A DNA stretch of 23,734 nucleotides from Octopus sinensis (lineage: Eukaryota). Within the stretch, counting starts at the first letter, position 1. Each line of letters opens with the position of its first letter. The stretch spans positions 1-23,734 of the forward strand of contig NW_021836517.1 in NCBI RefSeq assembly GCF_006345805.1, written 5' to 3'. Positions 1 to 10,314 of the stretch are shown here, piece by piece. A program made the translations under genes and the position numbers. Under the pieces are notes generated by a model. That model saw only the letters and a program-made list of their open reading frames with translations. It was not told where the DNA came from and did not search any database.

Positions 1-598
1 GAGACAGGTGTTGAGTGACGTCATTGTAATTGTTATTTTTGTTATTTTGCTTTTTGTTATTCTGTTTGCTATTATCACATCTGATAATATTCTATCCACG
101 TCCACTTTTGACCTTCCTGATTAGGCATTGACTTTCTTCCCCTTTTTTATGTTTTTTTTTTTGAGGGTGCCATATTTAAGATTCAGATGTTCTCACAAGA
201 CTGTGTAATCCTTATGTTCAAAATGGCGCTATGGTCACCGTTTGCCGATCTCTTGAATCGCTATGTGACGACGTGCGATAGTGTGATATTATATTGCTCA
301 ATGAGTTATGATGCTTTCCTGCAGCATCTCCTTTGACTATGCGAATGTGTATCCGGCAGACGAATAGAGGGACATAAAGACACGCAGATAGACAGCTAGA
401 CAGACAAAAGACATGCAGATAGACAGACATATAGACAGGCAGAAAGGCAGACAAATTGTGGGCAGCCAGTCATGGAGATTCACTTATTCAGGTTGTCATG
501 ACATTTATTTAACCACAGGTTTAATCCTCAAGAAATAGTCCTGGATCCGCAATGACCTTCGTTTTTGTTATTGCAGTCATTGTGTATCTTGGACTGCG

Positions 599-825
599 GG
601 GAGGCACGTGTCTCAATGGTTAGGGTGTTGGAGTCATGATCGTAAGATTGTGTTCTCGATTCCTGGGCCGGGCGATGCATTGTGTTTCTTGAGCAAAACA
701 ATCCTTTTCACGTTGTCCTAGTCCTCTCATTTGGCAAAAGTGAGTTATCCTGCGACGGACTGGCGTCCCATCCGGGTGGGGAATTTATACGCCATCGAAA
801 CCGAAAAACCGGCCCTTATGGGTCG
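599..825 (+). mobile_element. tRNA-derived SINE, family B (CORE-like body)
   Basis: A-box-like TGTCTCAATGG, B-box-like TTCTCGATTCC, then TGTGTTTCTTGAGCAAAACA (CORE-like). Homologous to the reverse-strand copy at 5958-6202. Confidence 0.8.
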
Positions 826-1439
826 CTATGACCAGGATCTTCTTATCCACCTGGGCGTTCAGTAACCTCTTTCTGTATTTTTAATACATACCATAACGGC
901 TTCTGTTCCTCGAGTTTGGATGGTCTCGTACCTCCTCGATCCAAACCCCTCCGATAGGCTGATCTTTCCACCTGTTATCACCTTTGTGTCATCCGACATG
1001 TCCGACACGACACAAACCGTTACGAAGCAAGCACTGTCACGGGTCCCAGAAATCATAGGACCAGTTACCGAGTTTACATTTCGTATAAGTATTTGAAATC
1101 ACAGCATCTCCCTGAAAGGGAGAGCTATCTGTTTGCTGGGTTACTAATTGAGCGGATACGACCATTCTGATGCTGAGGCCTTGAATTAAGATCATATTGT
1201 CTGTGTGTATGTGTGTACGTTTTTATCCTTGTTTCGGCGCCACCGTTAAAAAACCGGTATTGGTTTAGTTACGTCTCATAACTTTGAGGTTAAGCAAATA
1301 TACTGGATTATATAGGACTGGCCAGGTTTCAGTCCTTTGTAGGACGATGGCCTCAGGATATTCGCTCCACTACATACGGCCTGATGTAGAGGCTGTGAAT
1401 TTGAGCTTCAGATCGTATTGGCTTGTATATATATGTGTG

Positions 1440-1600
1440 TGTATGTGTGCGTTTTTGTGCATGCGTGTGCGTGTTTGTTTTCTTTTGGGCACTACTGCCC
1501 GACAACCGATGTTGGTTTCTTTACGTCCCATAACTTTGATATTAGGAAAAAACGCTACAATAAGTATAGACTAAATACTGAGCACTGCGGTCAATTCATT
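1440..1600 (+). mobile_element. Degenerate 3' half of SINE family A
   Basis: GACAACCGATGTTGGTTTCTTTACGTCCC matches GACAACCGATGCTGGTGTGTTTATGTCCCC in the copy at 22114-22500. Confidence 0.55.
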
Positions 1601-2199
1601 CGACTAAAAGCTTTCAAGGTCGTGCTCCAGTTTGGCCGCAGATCTGAAATAATTAAAACATATAAGATATGACTTATTTCATTTTGTGCCTAACATTATC
1701 AAGTAATTGCTGTTGTTTAGCTGCCTTAAAGCCTCCATTACACGGACATAAATTTAAAAGACAGTCTAGCCATGACCATCTCAGTATTGCTTTTTTTAGT
1801 CATAATATATCTAGGAATACGTTATCCAATGTGTCCTTCATTTCTTAAGACAGTGGTACTATTGTATTATTTTCTGGTTTCGGCGCCAAAAACCCTGGTT
1901 TAGAGTATTTAAAACTACTCGAATAATAAAATAGTCAGAAAACTTTAGATAATTAATGTAAAATACACTAAGGATACTGAGAAAATTTGAATAATAGAAT
2001 AAGTAATAGAATAATTAGAACTAGAATAATAGAATGAGTGATCCGGTGATTCATCCGAAATAGGATCAGATAGGCAGCCATTGGTTACATCGTTGATGGA
2101 GTAAAGTCACACGACGGCTTAACTGGGCCCGGTTTCTTCAATGGCAGCTATTTTATATAGTTAACATGAAATTAATATTGACGCCTGCCATATATCCTG

Positions 2200-2420
2200 T
2201 ATATATGTATGTGGCTGGGTAGGGGTAGAGAAAGAGAGAGAGAGAGATAGAAAGAGTGTTCGTCTATATGACTATATATATATATTTTATATACATATAT
2301 ATGTATATATATGCCTGTTTGTATAGCTATATATATATATATATATGTATGTGTGTATGTATGTATGTATGTATATATATAATATATATATATATATATT
2401 ATATATACATGTGTATATGC

Positions 2421-2453
<33 letters not shown>

Positions 2454-2461
2454 ATATATAT

Positions 2462-2505
<44 letters not shown>

Positions 2506-2560
2506 GCTATACATTTTTTTACATATATACATACATCTGCATATATATTGTACATATATG
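2200..2560. repeat. Compound (GA)n/(TA)n/(TG)n microsatellite
   Basis: Directly visible; source of spurious IY-rich ORFs. Confidence 0.95.
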
Positions 2561-2944
2561 TTGTTATTATCTGGAGAATAACACCATATATGTTAGAGAA
2601 TAGACACACAGTACATATGTGTGGAGTTTGTATGTGTATTAACTAAAAACGTAACATGTTTTTTTCTTAACTAAAACATTCCAGCAATGGTCTATACTCG
2701 TAAACAAAAACTTCAAAAGAAATATCAACTAGTATCGTCGCCAAGGGATCGAACTTCGCGTCTCCTCTAGACTGTGAGCCTGTCATTTATTTTATTATAC
2801 GAACTGCAATATTTCTTATTTCATTAATTTTTTTACATTTTATTTATTTGTTTGTTTCAAAAATGAACATCTGTGTTTGAGCTGTAATATAATTTTTTAT
2901 AATCAATATATATGTTGATGTCTAGCTAGGATAAATACAAGTAT

Positions 2945-3117
2945 ACACATATTGCATGCATTTGTATATACATACATGTTATATATGCATGTACGTACCA
3001 AAATGTACACACACACACACATATATATAGATAGATATATGAATATATATATATATAATATATATAATATATATATATATCTATATATATATATATATAA
3101 ATATGTATGTATGTATG

Positions 3118-3173
<56 letters not shown>

Positions 3174-3205
3174 TATATATATATATATTATTATATATAT
3201 ATATA

Positions 3206-3240
<35 letters not shown>

Positions 3241-3282
3241 TATATCTATATATATATATATATATAAATATATGAATATATA
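2945..3282. repeat. (TA)n microsatellite flanking the 3' end of PLE-1
   Basis: Directly visible. Confidence 0.95.
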
Positions 3283-5531
3283 CAAGACAAAAAGAGTGAA
3301 AAAACTACAGAAGGCTTGTGTTATATGGTTAAAGAATATATTTAAATCGTTGTGTTAGAAAAATGTTATAAAATATTTTGTATATTAATATTGCTTTGGG
3401 AGAAATAACCGGTTTCATATTTTCTTTTCATATTTCTCAAATTTCTTTACCTATGTCATGTCATGTCTTCGCTATGTTGAAATACGGAGTTACAGATAGG
3501 GGAAGGTAATCAGGGATTTTTTCCGGAGAAACGGAGATAATCAAACATGTTGGGAATGACTAGGTTTTATCAATTTAACATGATTTGGTTTAGAAGGAAT
3601 AGAATGTTACAAGTGGTTAGGTTTTGCTGTATACTTTTTTCAATGAGGTGAGTTTCCTTATTTAAAAATGTTAGAAATGGTTTTGGCTTATATTTTTTGA
3701 TGAAGAAGGTTTCCTTATTTAATCTAACTTGTGTTCCATGGCATATTGATAGAATGAAAGGATTACAAATTGTGGTAGCATTTGCTTTGCTCATTTTTCA
3801 ATATGTTCACTAAAGGGTATCATTCTGTATTCTGGGAATGCAATCTGCTGTCGATGCAGAGTGCATCTGCGCCTTAGCGATAATCCTGTGGATCCTATGT
3901 AGTTTTGGTGGCAACCCGAGCATCTTATGATATAAATCAGGTTTTTTGAAGCACACGTAAAATTAGATTTGATTTTGAATTTTTGTCCTCTTTGGAGAGG
4001 AATTCTGATCCTTCTAGGAGTTTTGGGCATGTTGCGCAATTTGGTCGACTACATTTTTTAAACTTTTGCATCCGTTATTTTAGAAAATAGTTTTGCCTTT
4101 GTGAGGATCTTTTTTAGTGATTTTGTTTGTTTGTAGATTTTAATGATTTTATGTATGTCTAAAATTTCCTTTAATTTGAGTCCTTATGTAGCATTGGTAA
4201 ATGTAAATTTTGGGTGATGATGGTGAAAGCTTCTTTGTTTCTGGGGTTGTATGTGGATATGTACGGCAGTATTTTCAGGGAAGGTGTGTTGCAGTGTTGA
4301 ACTTTTCTTAAGGTTTCTATGTCGATTTGTGTTGCACGTCAAATTTCCTCCTCTATGAGTTGAACTGGGTAGTGTCTGTCAATTAGGGTGTTTTTGAGTT
4401 CTTTCTGTCTAAAGTCTCTGGTATTTTGTTCTGACACTATTGTTCATATCCTTCCTGCAAGGTTGAAGGGGATGATTGTTTTGGTGTGTCTTGGGTGGCA
4501 TGAATCAAAAAGTAGATATTGTTTGGCGTTTTGTAAAATATGTCCGTCTCTATTCTTAGGTTTATTTTTTTTAATTAGTATATCCAAGAATGGGAGCTCC
4601 TTTTGGTTGTACTCCATTGTGACTTGTATTTTGGAGTTAACGCTGTTCAATAGGCTTGTGAATTTCAGGAGTTTATCTGTGTTTGCATTCCAGAGTATGA
4701 AACAGTCGTCTAGGAATCTTTTCCAATTCTCTTTTATGTATTGGGAAAGGGTGTTTCCAAAGGTAGATAAAGATTCCTGGTATATTATTATTTCCAGGTA
4801 GCCCATTGTTAGGTTCGCAATGACTGGTGATGTAGCACCCATAGCAATTCCGGATTTTTGACGGTAAAACGTAGTGTCAAACATGAAATGGTTGTTTCGT
4901 AGGATGAATTCAACCGATTTAGTTATGAATTCTTTACTGATCCTTTTTGGTATTTGTTCCGGAAATTGGTCCAGCCAGAACTGAATTGCCTCTAGCCCAT
5001 AATTATGAGGTATACTGGTATATAAATTAATTACATCAAATGAAACCATGATTGTTTCTTCCTTGACTTTTTCGGAGATTTAACATATCCAAGTCATCTC
5101 TGATATGGCTATTGATGTGTTTAAGGAAGGGTTTCAGGAGGATCTCCATAGCCTGTGTTTCACAGGCTGGGTCAGCTATAAAGGGTCGTAGTTTTAGATC
5201 CCCCGGGTTTGGTGTATGCATGTACGTCTTTGGTGATTTTTTTAATGGTTTCATTTATAATCTGGCTTTTGTGGATTTTTGGTAGACCACAGAAATGGCT
5301 AGGTTTGCATTTAAAGTTTGTTAGAAAGTCAATCTCTTTGGTTGTCAGTTCTTTTCCGTGGGTTTTAATTAGTGAGGACAGAGTTTTCACCATTTTTTGC
5401 GGGGTGTAGTTTGTGATATTTTCATAATGTTGACTGTCATCAAGCATGGAGATTACCAGATTTCTATAATATAATGTGTCCATTATTATAACTGCACTTC
5501 CTTTATCTGCTTCCTTAATCGTTGTGATGAT
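3283..5531 (-). mobile_element. Penelope-like retroelement PLE-1: 5'-truncated, frameshifted RT plus GIY-YIG endonuclease
   Basis: Minus-strand translation gives IKEADKGSAVIIMD, GLPKIHK, RT motifs VSFDVINLYTSIP / YRQKSGIAMG / KRFLDDCF, linker CSRPNCATC and GIY-YIG NLIYIIRCSGCHQNYIGST...RCTLH. It is split over ORFs 5172-5483, 5036-5254, 4444-5049, 3791-4039 and 3570-3794 by frameshifts and stops. Confidence 0.93.
3401..3446 (-). ncRNA. Minimal type-I hammerhead ribozyme candidate, U3-A8 core variant
   Basis: Minus strand: AGAAAT TTGAGAA ATAT GAAAAGAAA ATAT GAAA CCGG TT ATTTCT. This gives a 6-bp stem I, 4-bp stem II, palindromic stem III ACCGGT and a GUU triplet, about 124 nt downstream of the PLE-1 stop codon. 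Confidence 0.6.
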
Positions 5532-5941
5532 CTGGTGGTGGGGGGTCTATATCTTGGAAATCCGTCGGCCCAATAGTTTCCCTTCATGGCAGAATTAATA
5601 GTCAAAACTATTTGAGTATTTTATCTGATCAAATTCTTCCTATGGTTGTGGAACTGTTTCCGGAGGGAAACGGAATCTTTCTGGATGATAATGCACCAAT
5701 TCACACTGCTAAATTTGTTACAGAATGGCACGAGGAACATTCTATTGAAGTTGAACATCCTATCTGACCACCACAGACCCCAGATCTCAATATTATTGAA
5801 AATTTATGATGCATTTTAGAAAAACAAGCAAGGAGTCAATATCCTCCACAACCATCACTACAAAAACTGGAGATTTATTTTTGCTGAAGAATGGACAAAA
5901 ATTTCCTTTGGAAATAATTCAAACTATGTACGAATCCATAC
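5524..5941 (+). pseudogene. Tc1/mariner-superfamily transposase fragment with DD36E spacing (Incomer-like)
   Basis: VMIW..ISWKSVGPIVSLHGRINSQNYLSILSDQILP...IFLDDNAPIHTAKFVTEWHEEHSIEVEHPI*PPQTPDLNIIENL*. D at 5687-5689 and E at 5798-5800 have 36 residues between them; two conserved Trp codons read TGA. Confidence 0.9.
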
Positions 5942-5957
5942 ATAAATATATATATAT

Positions 5958-6201
5958 GCGCCATTTTAAAGCCTAGCCAAACTCATGGGCCCGGTTTCCC
6001 GCTTTCAATGTTGTATGTGTTCCCCAGCAGGACCGGACGCCAGTCCATGGCAGCGTTACTCATTTTTGCCAGCTGAGTGGACTGGAGCAACGTGAAATGA
6101 AGTGTTTTGCTCAAGAAGACAATGCGTCGCCCGGTTCAGGAATCGAAACCACAATCTTACGATCATGATGCTGACACCCTAACCACTAAGCCTCGTGCGT
6201 C

Positions 6202-6202
<1 letters not shown>
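5958..6202 (-). mobile_element. tRNA-derived SINE, family B, near full length
   Basis: Reverse complement has GGCTTAGTGGTTAGGGTG (A box), GGTTTCGATTCC (B box) and TCTTGAGCAAAACACTTCATTTCAC; homologous to 599-825. Confidence 0.85.
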
Positions 6203-6236
<34 letters not shown>

Positions 6237-6275
6237 ATCTGTAAATGTAATATGTGACAATTATTCGGAAGCCAT

Positions 6276-6336
6276 GGTAAAACTCCGAGTTTCGGATGTC
6301 GGGGTGCAAATCCACGCTGTCATCTCTTCAGTTATC
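6276..6336 (-). ncRNA. Hammerhead-like motif in left arm
   Basis: GATAA CTGAAGA GATG..CATC C GAAA CTCGGAG TT TTACC. Core intact; one stem I mismatch; one extra C before GAAA. Confidence 0.5.
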
Positions 6337-6519
6337 CAGCCATCGGAAAAAATGCTATTTGCAATTTTCTCCAAAGGTTTCTTAGAGTATAGTTCCCTTG
6401 ATGGTATAGGTATGTTTTTCATAGAATAATCGATGTAGTAGGCACCCATATAGAATTGAATTCTTCTGCGGGGCAGAGTCCTCAAACGATGTCTGGGATA
6501 GCATTTTTTCCGATGGCCG

Positions 6520-6580
6520 GATAACCGAAGAGATGGCGGCGTGGATTTCCGCCCTGACATCCGAAACTCGGAGTTTTATC
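6520..6580 (+). ncRNA. Hammerhead-like motif in right arm
   Basis: GATAA CCGAAGA GATG GCGG..CCGC CCTGA CATC C GAAA CTCGGAG TT TTATC. Perfect 5-bp stem I, but U4C core substitution. Confidence 0.5.
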
Positions 6581-6679
6581 ATGGCAACCGAATAATTGTC
6601 ACATAGTATATTTACAGATAAATCCCTCTATTTACATAATATCGAGGTCGCTTTCATTCTTTTGTTGTCTTACCATTTC

Positions 6680-6788
6680 TATCAATATATATCATATATG
6701 TATATATACATATATATATATACATATATATATATAGATTTGATGTATATGTATACATGCACGCATATACATACACACACACACACAC

Positions 6789-6852
<64 letters not shown>

Positions 6853-7314
6853 CGTGCGTACACATGTATATATATATATGCACACACAAACATACACACA
6901 TCCCTAAATATTCCCCATCATTTCCTTTTTAACTCCTACTTTCTTTATCCCTTACTCTCTTTTATTGTCTTCTATTGCCCTCACTCCCGCTCTTTATCCC
7001 TCATCCACTCACATGCACACTTTCTCTCTCATTCTCTCTCACACTCTTCTCCTTCCTTCCTTCCCTTCCTTCCTTCCTCTCTTCTTTTCCATCTTCTTCT
7101 CCCCTTTCATTCACTTGATATCCTCTCCCCGCCCCCATACTTTACTCTGTCTATTTCTTGTACTCCTCCCTCCCTTTCTTTATCTCTCTGTCTCTCACTC
7201 AGTCTCTTTCACTCACAGCTATCTCCATTATTCTCTCTCATCTTTCTCATCCCTCACTTCCCCCATCCCTCTCCCTGCCTCCCTCCCAATCTCTCTTTCT
7301 CCGTCTTTCTCGCT

Positions 7315-7345
<31 letters not shown>
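6680..7345. repeat. (TA)n/(CA)n microsatellite followed by a long CT-rich polypyrimidine tract
   Basis: Directly visible. Confidence 0.9.
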
Positions 7346-7982
7346 TGATCTACAATTCACTCTTCCGTCCTTCCTCCCTCGAGCCATCAGTCTGATATAA
7401 CTAATATTTGCCGACAATCTCCTCACTCACCAGATGAAACCTCAAATCTCCTCAACCACCGAAGACTATCAGCTCAGAATCATATAAAGACATTGATAGA
7501 GAAAAATCGATAACACAACAGTAGCGTCACGTGATATTTAACTGTTTCAAATGACAATTCTAATGAAATATGATAATGTGGTCCTGCAGCTGACAGAGGC
7601 TGCATTTCGAATTCAGCTGATGCTACTACGATGTCGACATGGCCCAAAGGGAAAACGCCACCTTCTTCGACCTTTTAAGTGAATTTGTAAAAAGATGGGC
7701 AGCTGACAAAGATGGTTTGGGTGAATGAACCTGCCCAAAGCTTGAGGAACAACAGTTGTGTTATAGTTCGTGTCTTTGATTGTCACGAAAATACTCGATC
7801 TGTGGGGGTTCTTGATTGGCCATTGTTGGAGGTTCCTCTCTATCAGGAGATTTTAATCATCCATGTTTACATATACATTACATTTTCACTGCCCTTTCTC
7901 TTTCTTTCCCCTCATATTCATCTGACCCAACCCCGCCTTTGCAAGTTAAATTTCTCATCTTTGATGCACTTGTGGCTTTATC

Positions 7983-8109
7983 AAACACTTAGCGACGTTT
8001 CCTCCGGCCTCATGTTCTGAGTTCGAATTCCACTGAGGTAAATTTTGCCTTTCACACTTTCAGGGTCAATAAAATAAGTAACAGTTATGCACTGGTATCA
8101 ATGTCATCG
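7983..8109 (+). mobile_element. SINE family C fragment
   Basis: GTTCTGAGTTCGAATTCC (B-box-like), TTTGCCTTTCA and AATAAAATAAGTA; homologous to the reverse complement of 11133-11322. Confidence 0.7.
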
Positions 8110-8129
8110 TGCCTGTAGCAGAAAGAACT

Positions 8130-8137
8130 ATTATTAT

Positions 8138-8214
<77 letters not shown>

Positions 8215-8237
8215 ACTATTATTATTATTATTATTAT
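8130..8237. repeat. (TAC)n/(TTA)n microsatellite
   Basis: Directly visible. Confidence 0.95.
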
Positions 8238-9012
8238 TGAGTGAGAGAGCAGTTCATGCCATCAAAGTGACACTGGGGTAAAATATACGAAGCCCCAATA
8301 TACCATCATGACTACCCGTCTGATAAAGGTACACTAGGCACATGCATCACAACCATATGTGCGCGACATGGTGATCTCATATCAAGATAAAGAGCACATG
8401 ACTTGCAGGTGGGGCCCAGTTAGAATTTTCTTCAGGTTGAGTAGCCCATCCCGCTCAAACGGTCCCTGAATAAGGTTGTTTAAGGATGTTGAAAGAACCA
8501 CCCATGTTTCCAGAGGTGAACTATTCAAACCCCAAAGAATCCCTCTCAACACATGGCTATGATGCTCCCCCACTACTTCTGCTCGTGATCAGAGATGCAC
8601 ATATCGTCAGCCACTAAGGACATGCTCAACTGGTTAAGGTCAAACAACTGACAAGCAAATCTGTGGTATTGAGCAGAATACTTGCTGTAGCCATCTTTTT
8701 ACCAAGACAAAAGATGTACATGATAACACTTCCAATCAGTTAAGATCAGAAGCCATGAGAGCACTGCTGGTACTGCATCAGGGCATGATGCTCCCCCACT
8801 ACTTCTGCTCGTGATCAGAGATGCACATATCGTCAGCCACTAAGGGACATGCTCAACTGGTTAAGGTCAAACAACTGACAAGCAAATCTGTGGTATGAGC
8901 AGAATACTGCTGTAGCCATCTTTTATACCAAGACAAACAATGTACATGATAACACTTCCAATCAGTTAAGATCAGAAGCATGAGAGCCACTGCCTGGTAC
9001 TGCATCAGGGCA
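8238..9012 (-). mobile_element. Unclassified non-coding interspersed repeat (retroposon-like) with a ~226-bp tandem duplication
   Basis: Bounded by trinucleotide tracts and ends in (AAT)n on the minus strand. 8559-8784 is repeated at 8785-9011. Resembles an abundant octopus repeat from memory only; no protein motif recognised. Confidence 0.5.
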
Positions 9013-9102
9013 ATTATATTATTATTATTATTTTATTATTATTATTATTATTATATTATTATATTATTATTCATAATTATTATTATTATATTATTATTAT
9101 TA

Positions 9103-9143
<41 letters not shown>

Positions 9144-9165
9144 TATTATTATTATTATTATAATG
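9013..9165. repeat. (ATT)n microsatellite
   Basis: Directly visible. Confidence 0.95.
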
Positions 9166-9627
9166 ATGTTAATAACCTGCAAAACATATTTGTCCTCATA
9201 CATCCTGAGAAGTGAAAGCGAAGTAGATTCAGAATATTTTCTGAGAATATACACTTTCAAGTCTTCTTCAAAATTGCAGCCGCTTGAAACGAAATGTTCA
9301 ACAAGTTCTGTCGAACTACTGTTATTGTGCCTGACGTCGAATCTGTGCCCATTAAACCTTTTGTTTAATTGTTCCGTTGTGCAACCAACATAAATTAAGT
9401 TGTGTTTTGGGCATTCTGCAGCGTACACCAAATGGGAATCTTTACATGTTCCACCTTCTGTATCTACACGCTGTACCTTAAAGAACAGCCGCAAGAGAGG
9501 TAAGCCCTGTTCCTTGTGCAACAGCATGAGTGAAGTGAATTCCATCAGAAATCATAACAGAAATGTTATGATTTATACAGAATGTGGAACTTGTAAAGAT
9601 TCCCATTTGGTGTACGCTGTAGAATGC
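9166..9627 (-). mobile_element. PLE-3 GIY-YIG endonuclease fragment with an inverted 5' segment
   Basis: Minus strand: GTCKDSHLVYAAECPKHNLIYVGCTTEQLNKRFNGH...EDKYV. Plus strand 9464-9627 carries the upstream linker KPCSLC..GTCKDSHLVYAVEC. 53-bp inverted repeat at 9411-9463 / 9575-9627. Confidence 0.85.
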
Positions 9628-9927
9628 AGTTGCCAGCAACCGTGGAAATTGGCGACGTACCGTAAAAGAGGAAACACAAAGAGTGACATAGAGAGAGAGG
9701 AGAAATGGAAAGACACGAAAATACATCAACAAGGAAGTATGACATTACAACCTGCCAGGCAAAGTCTTCGCTACATTTGCGGCACCTGCCAGAGGGAGTA
9801 TTTGTCCAGGATAGGACTACACAGCCACAGCAGGAGATGTATTAGGACATGAAATGTAAAAACCGGACTAGATTATTTAATGCGCAACTCCATTGTCGCC
9901 CGAGACTAAAAGGATGCCAACAACAAT
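9628..9927 (+). mobile_element. RTE-like LINE 3' end fragment
   Basis: C-terminal zinc-finger-like YICGTCQREYLSRIGLHSHSRRC*, followed by CCATTGTCGCCCGAGACTAAAAGGATGC(CAA)n, typical of RTE-clade 3' ends. Confidence 0.7.
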
Positions 9928-9984
9928 ATATATGGATTTCGTAGACAGGAACTGAAACAAATCAATCGTATATATATGTATGTA

Positions 9985-10135
9985 TATATGTAAGTGTATG
10001 TGTGTGTCTTTGTCTCTGTGTTTCGCCCTCATCACTGCTGTTCATTTATTTACATCCACTTAACTTACTGGTTTCACAAGAACAAACTAATAGAATAAGT
10101 ACCAGGCTTATCAACATAAAAAAGCACTAGGCTTT
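9985..10135 (+). mobile_element. Degenerate 3' part of SINE family A
   Basis: TG-rich lead-in, TGTCTCTGTGTTT and ATAGAATAAGTACCAGGCTT, as in the other family A copies. Confidence 0.5.
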
Positions 10136-10189
10136 GTCTCATATTTTTGTTTGCCCACTCAGTTGTATCTATCAATTCATCTTTGTATG

Positions 10190-10247
10190 TGTGTGTGTAT
10201 ATATATCTATATCTATATCTATCTATCTCTCTATCTAGCTAATCTCT

Positions 10248-10313
<66 letters not shown>
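10190..10313. repeat. (TATC)/(CT)n/(TA)n microsatellite
   Basis: Directly visible. Confidence 0.95.

Positions 10314-10314
<1 letters not shown>

Larger units (their letters stand above)
6237..6619. mobile_element. PLE-derived inverted-repeat unit: 122-bp arms around a 139-bp spacer carrying a PLE ORF N-terminus
   Basis: Arms 6237-6358 and 6498-6619 are ungapped reverse complements with 12 mismatches. The minus-strand spacer encodes IDYSMKNIPIPSRELYSKKPLEKI, resembling the YSLKNIPIP N-terminal motif I recall from PLE ORFs. Confidence 0.75.

Noticed and set aside
186-336. Possible exon after ATTCAG
   Set aside because: Short frames end in stops; no recognisable protein or clear donor.
859-1080. 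Short open frames on both strands in non-repeat sequence
   Set aside because: No recognisable motif and no convincing splice-site pair.
2735-2785. B-box-like GTTCGATCCC (minus strand)
   Set aside because: No A box or cloverleaf; at best an unclassifiable SINE remnant, not a tRNA gene.
2172-3358. IY-rich ORFs on both strands
   Set aside because: Translations of (TA)n microsatellites; the same applies to 6596-6907, 15643-17334 and 22041-22767.
8604-8610. CTGACGA on the minus strand (also in the duplicate copy; CTGAAGA near 8425)
   Set aside because: No downstream GAAA/UH with compatible stems; not a hammerhead.
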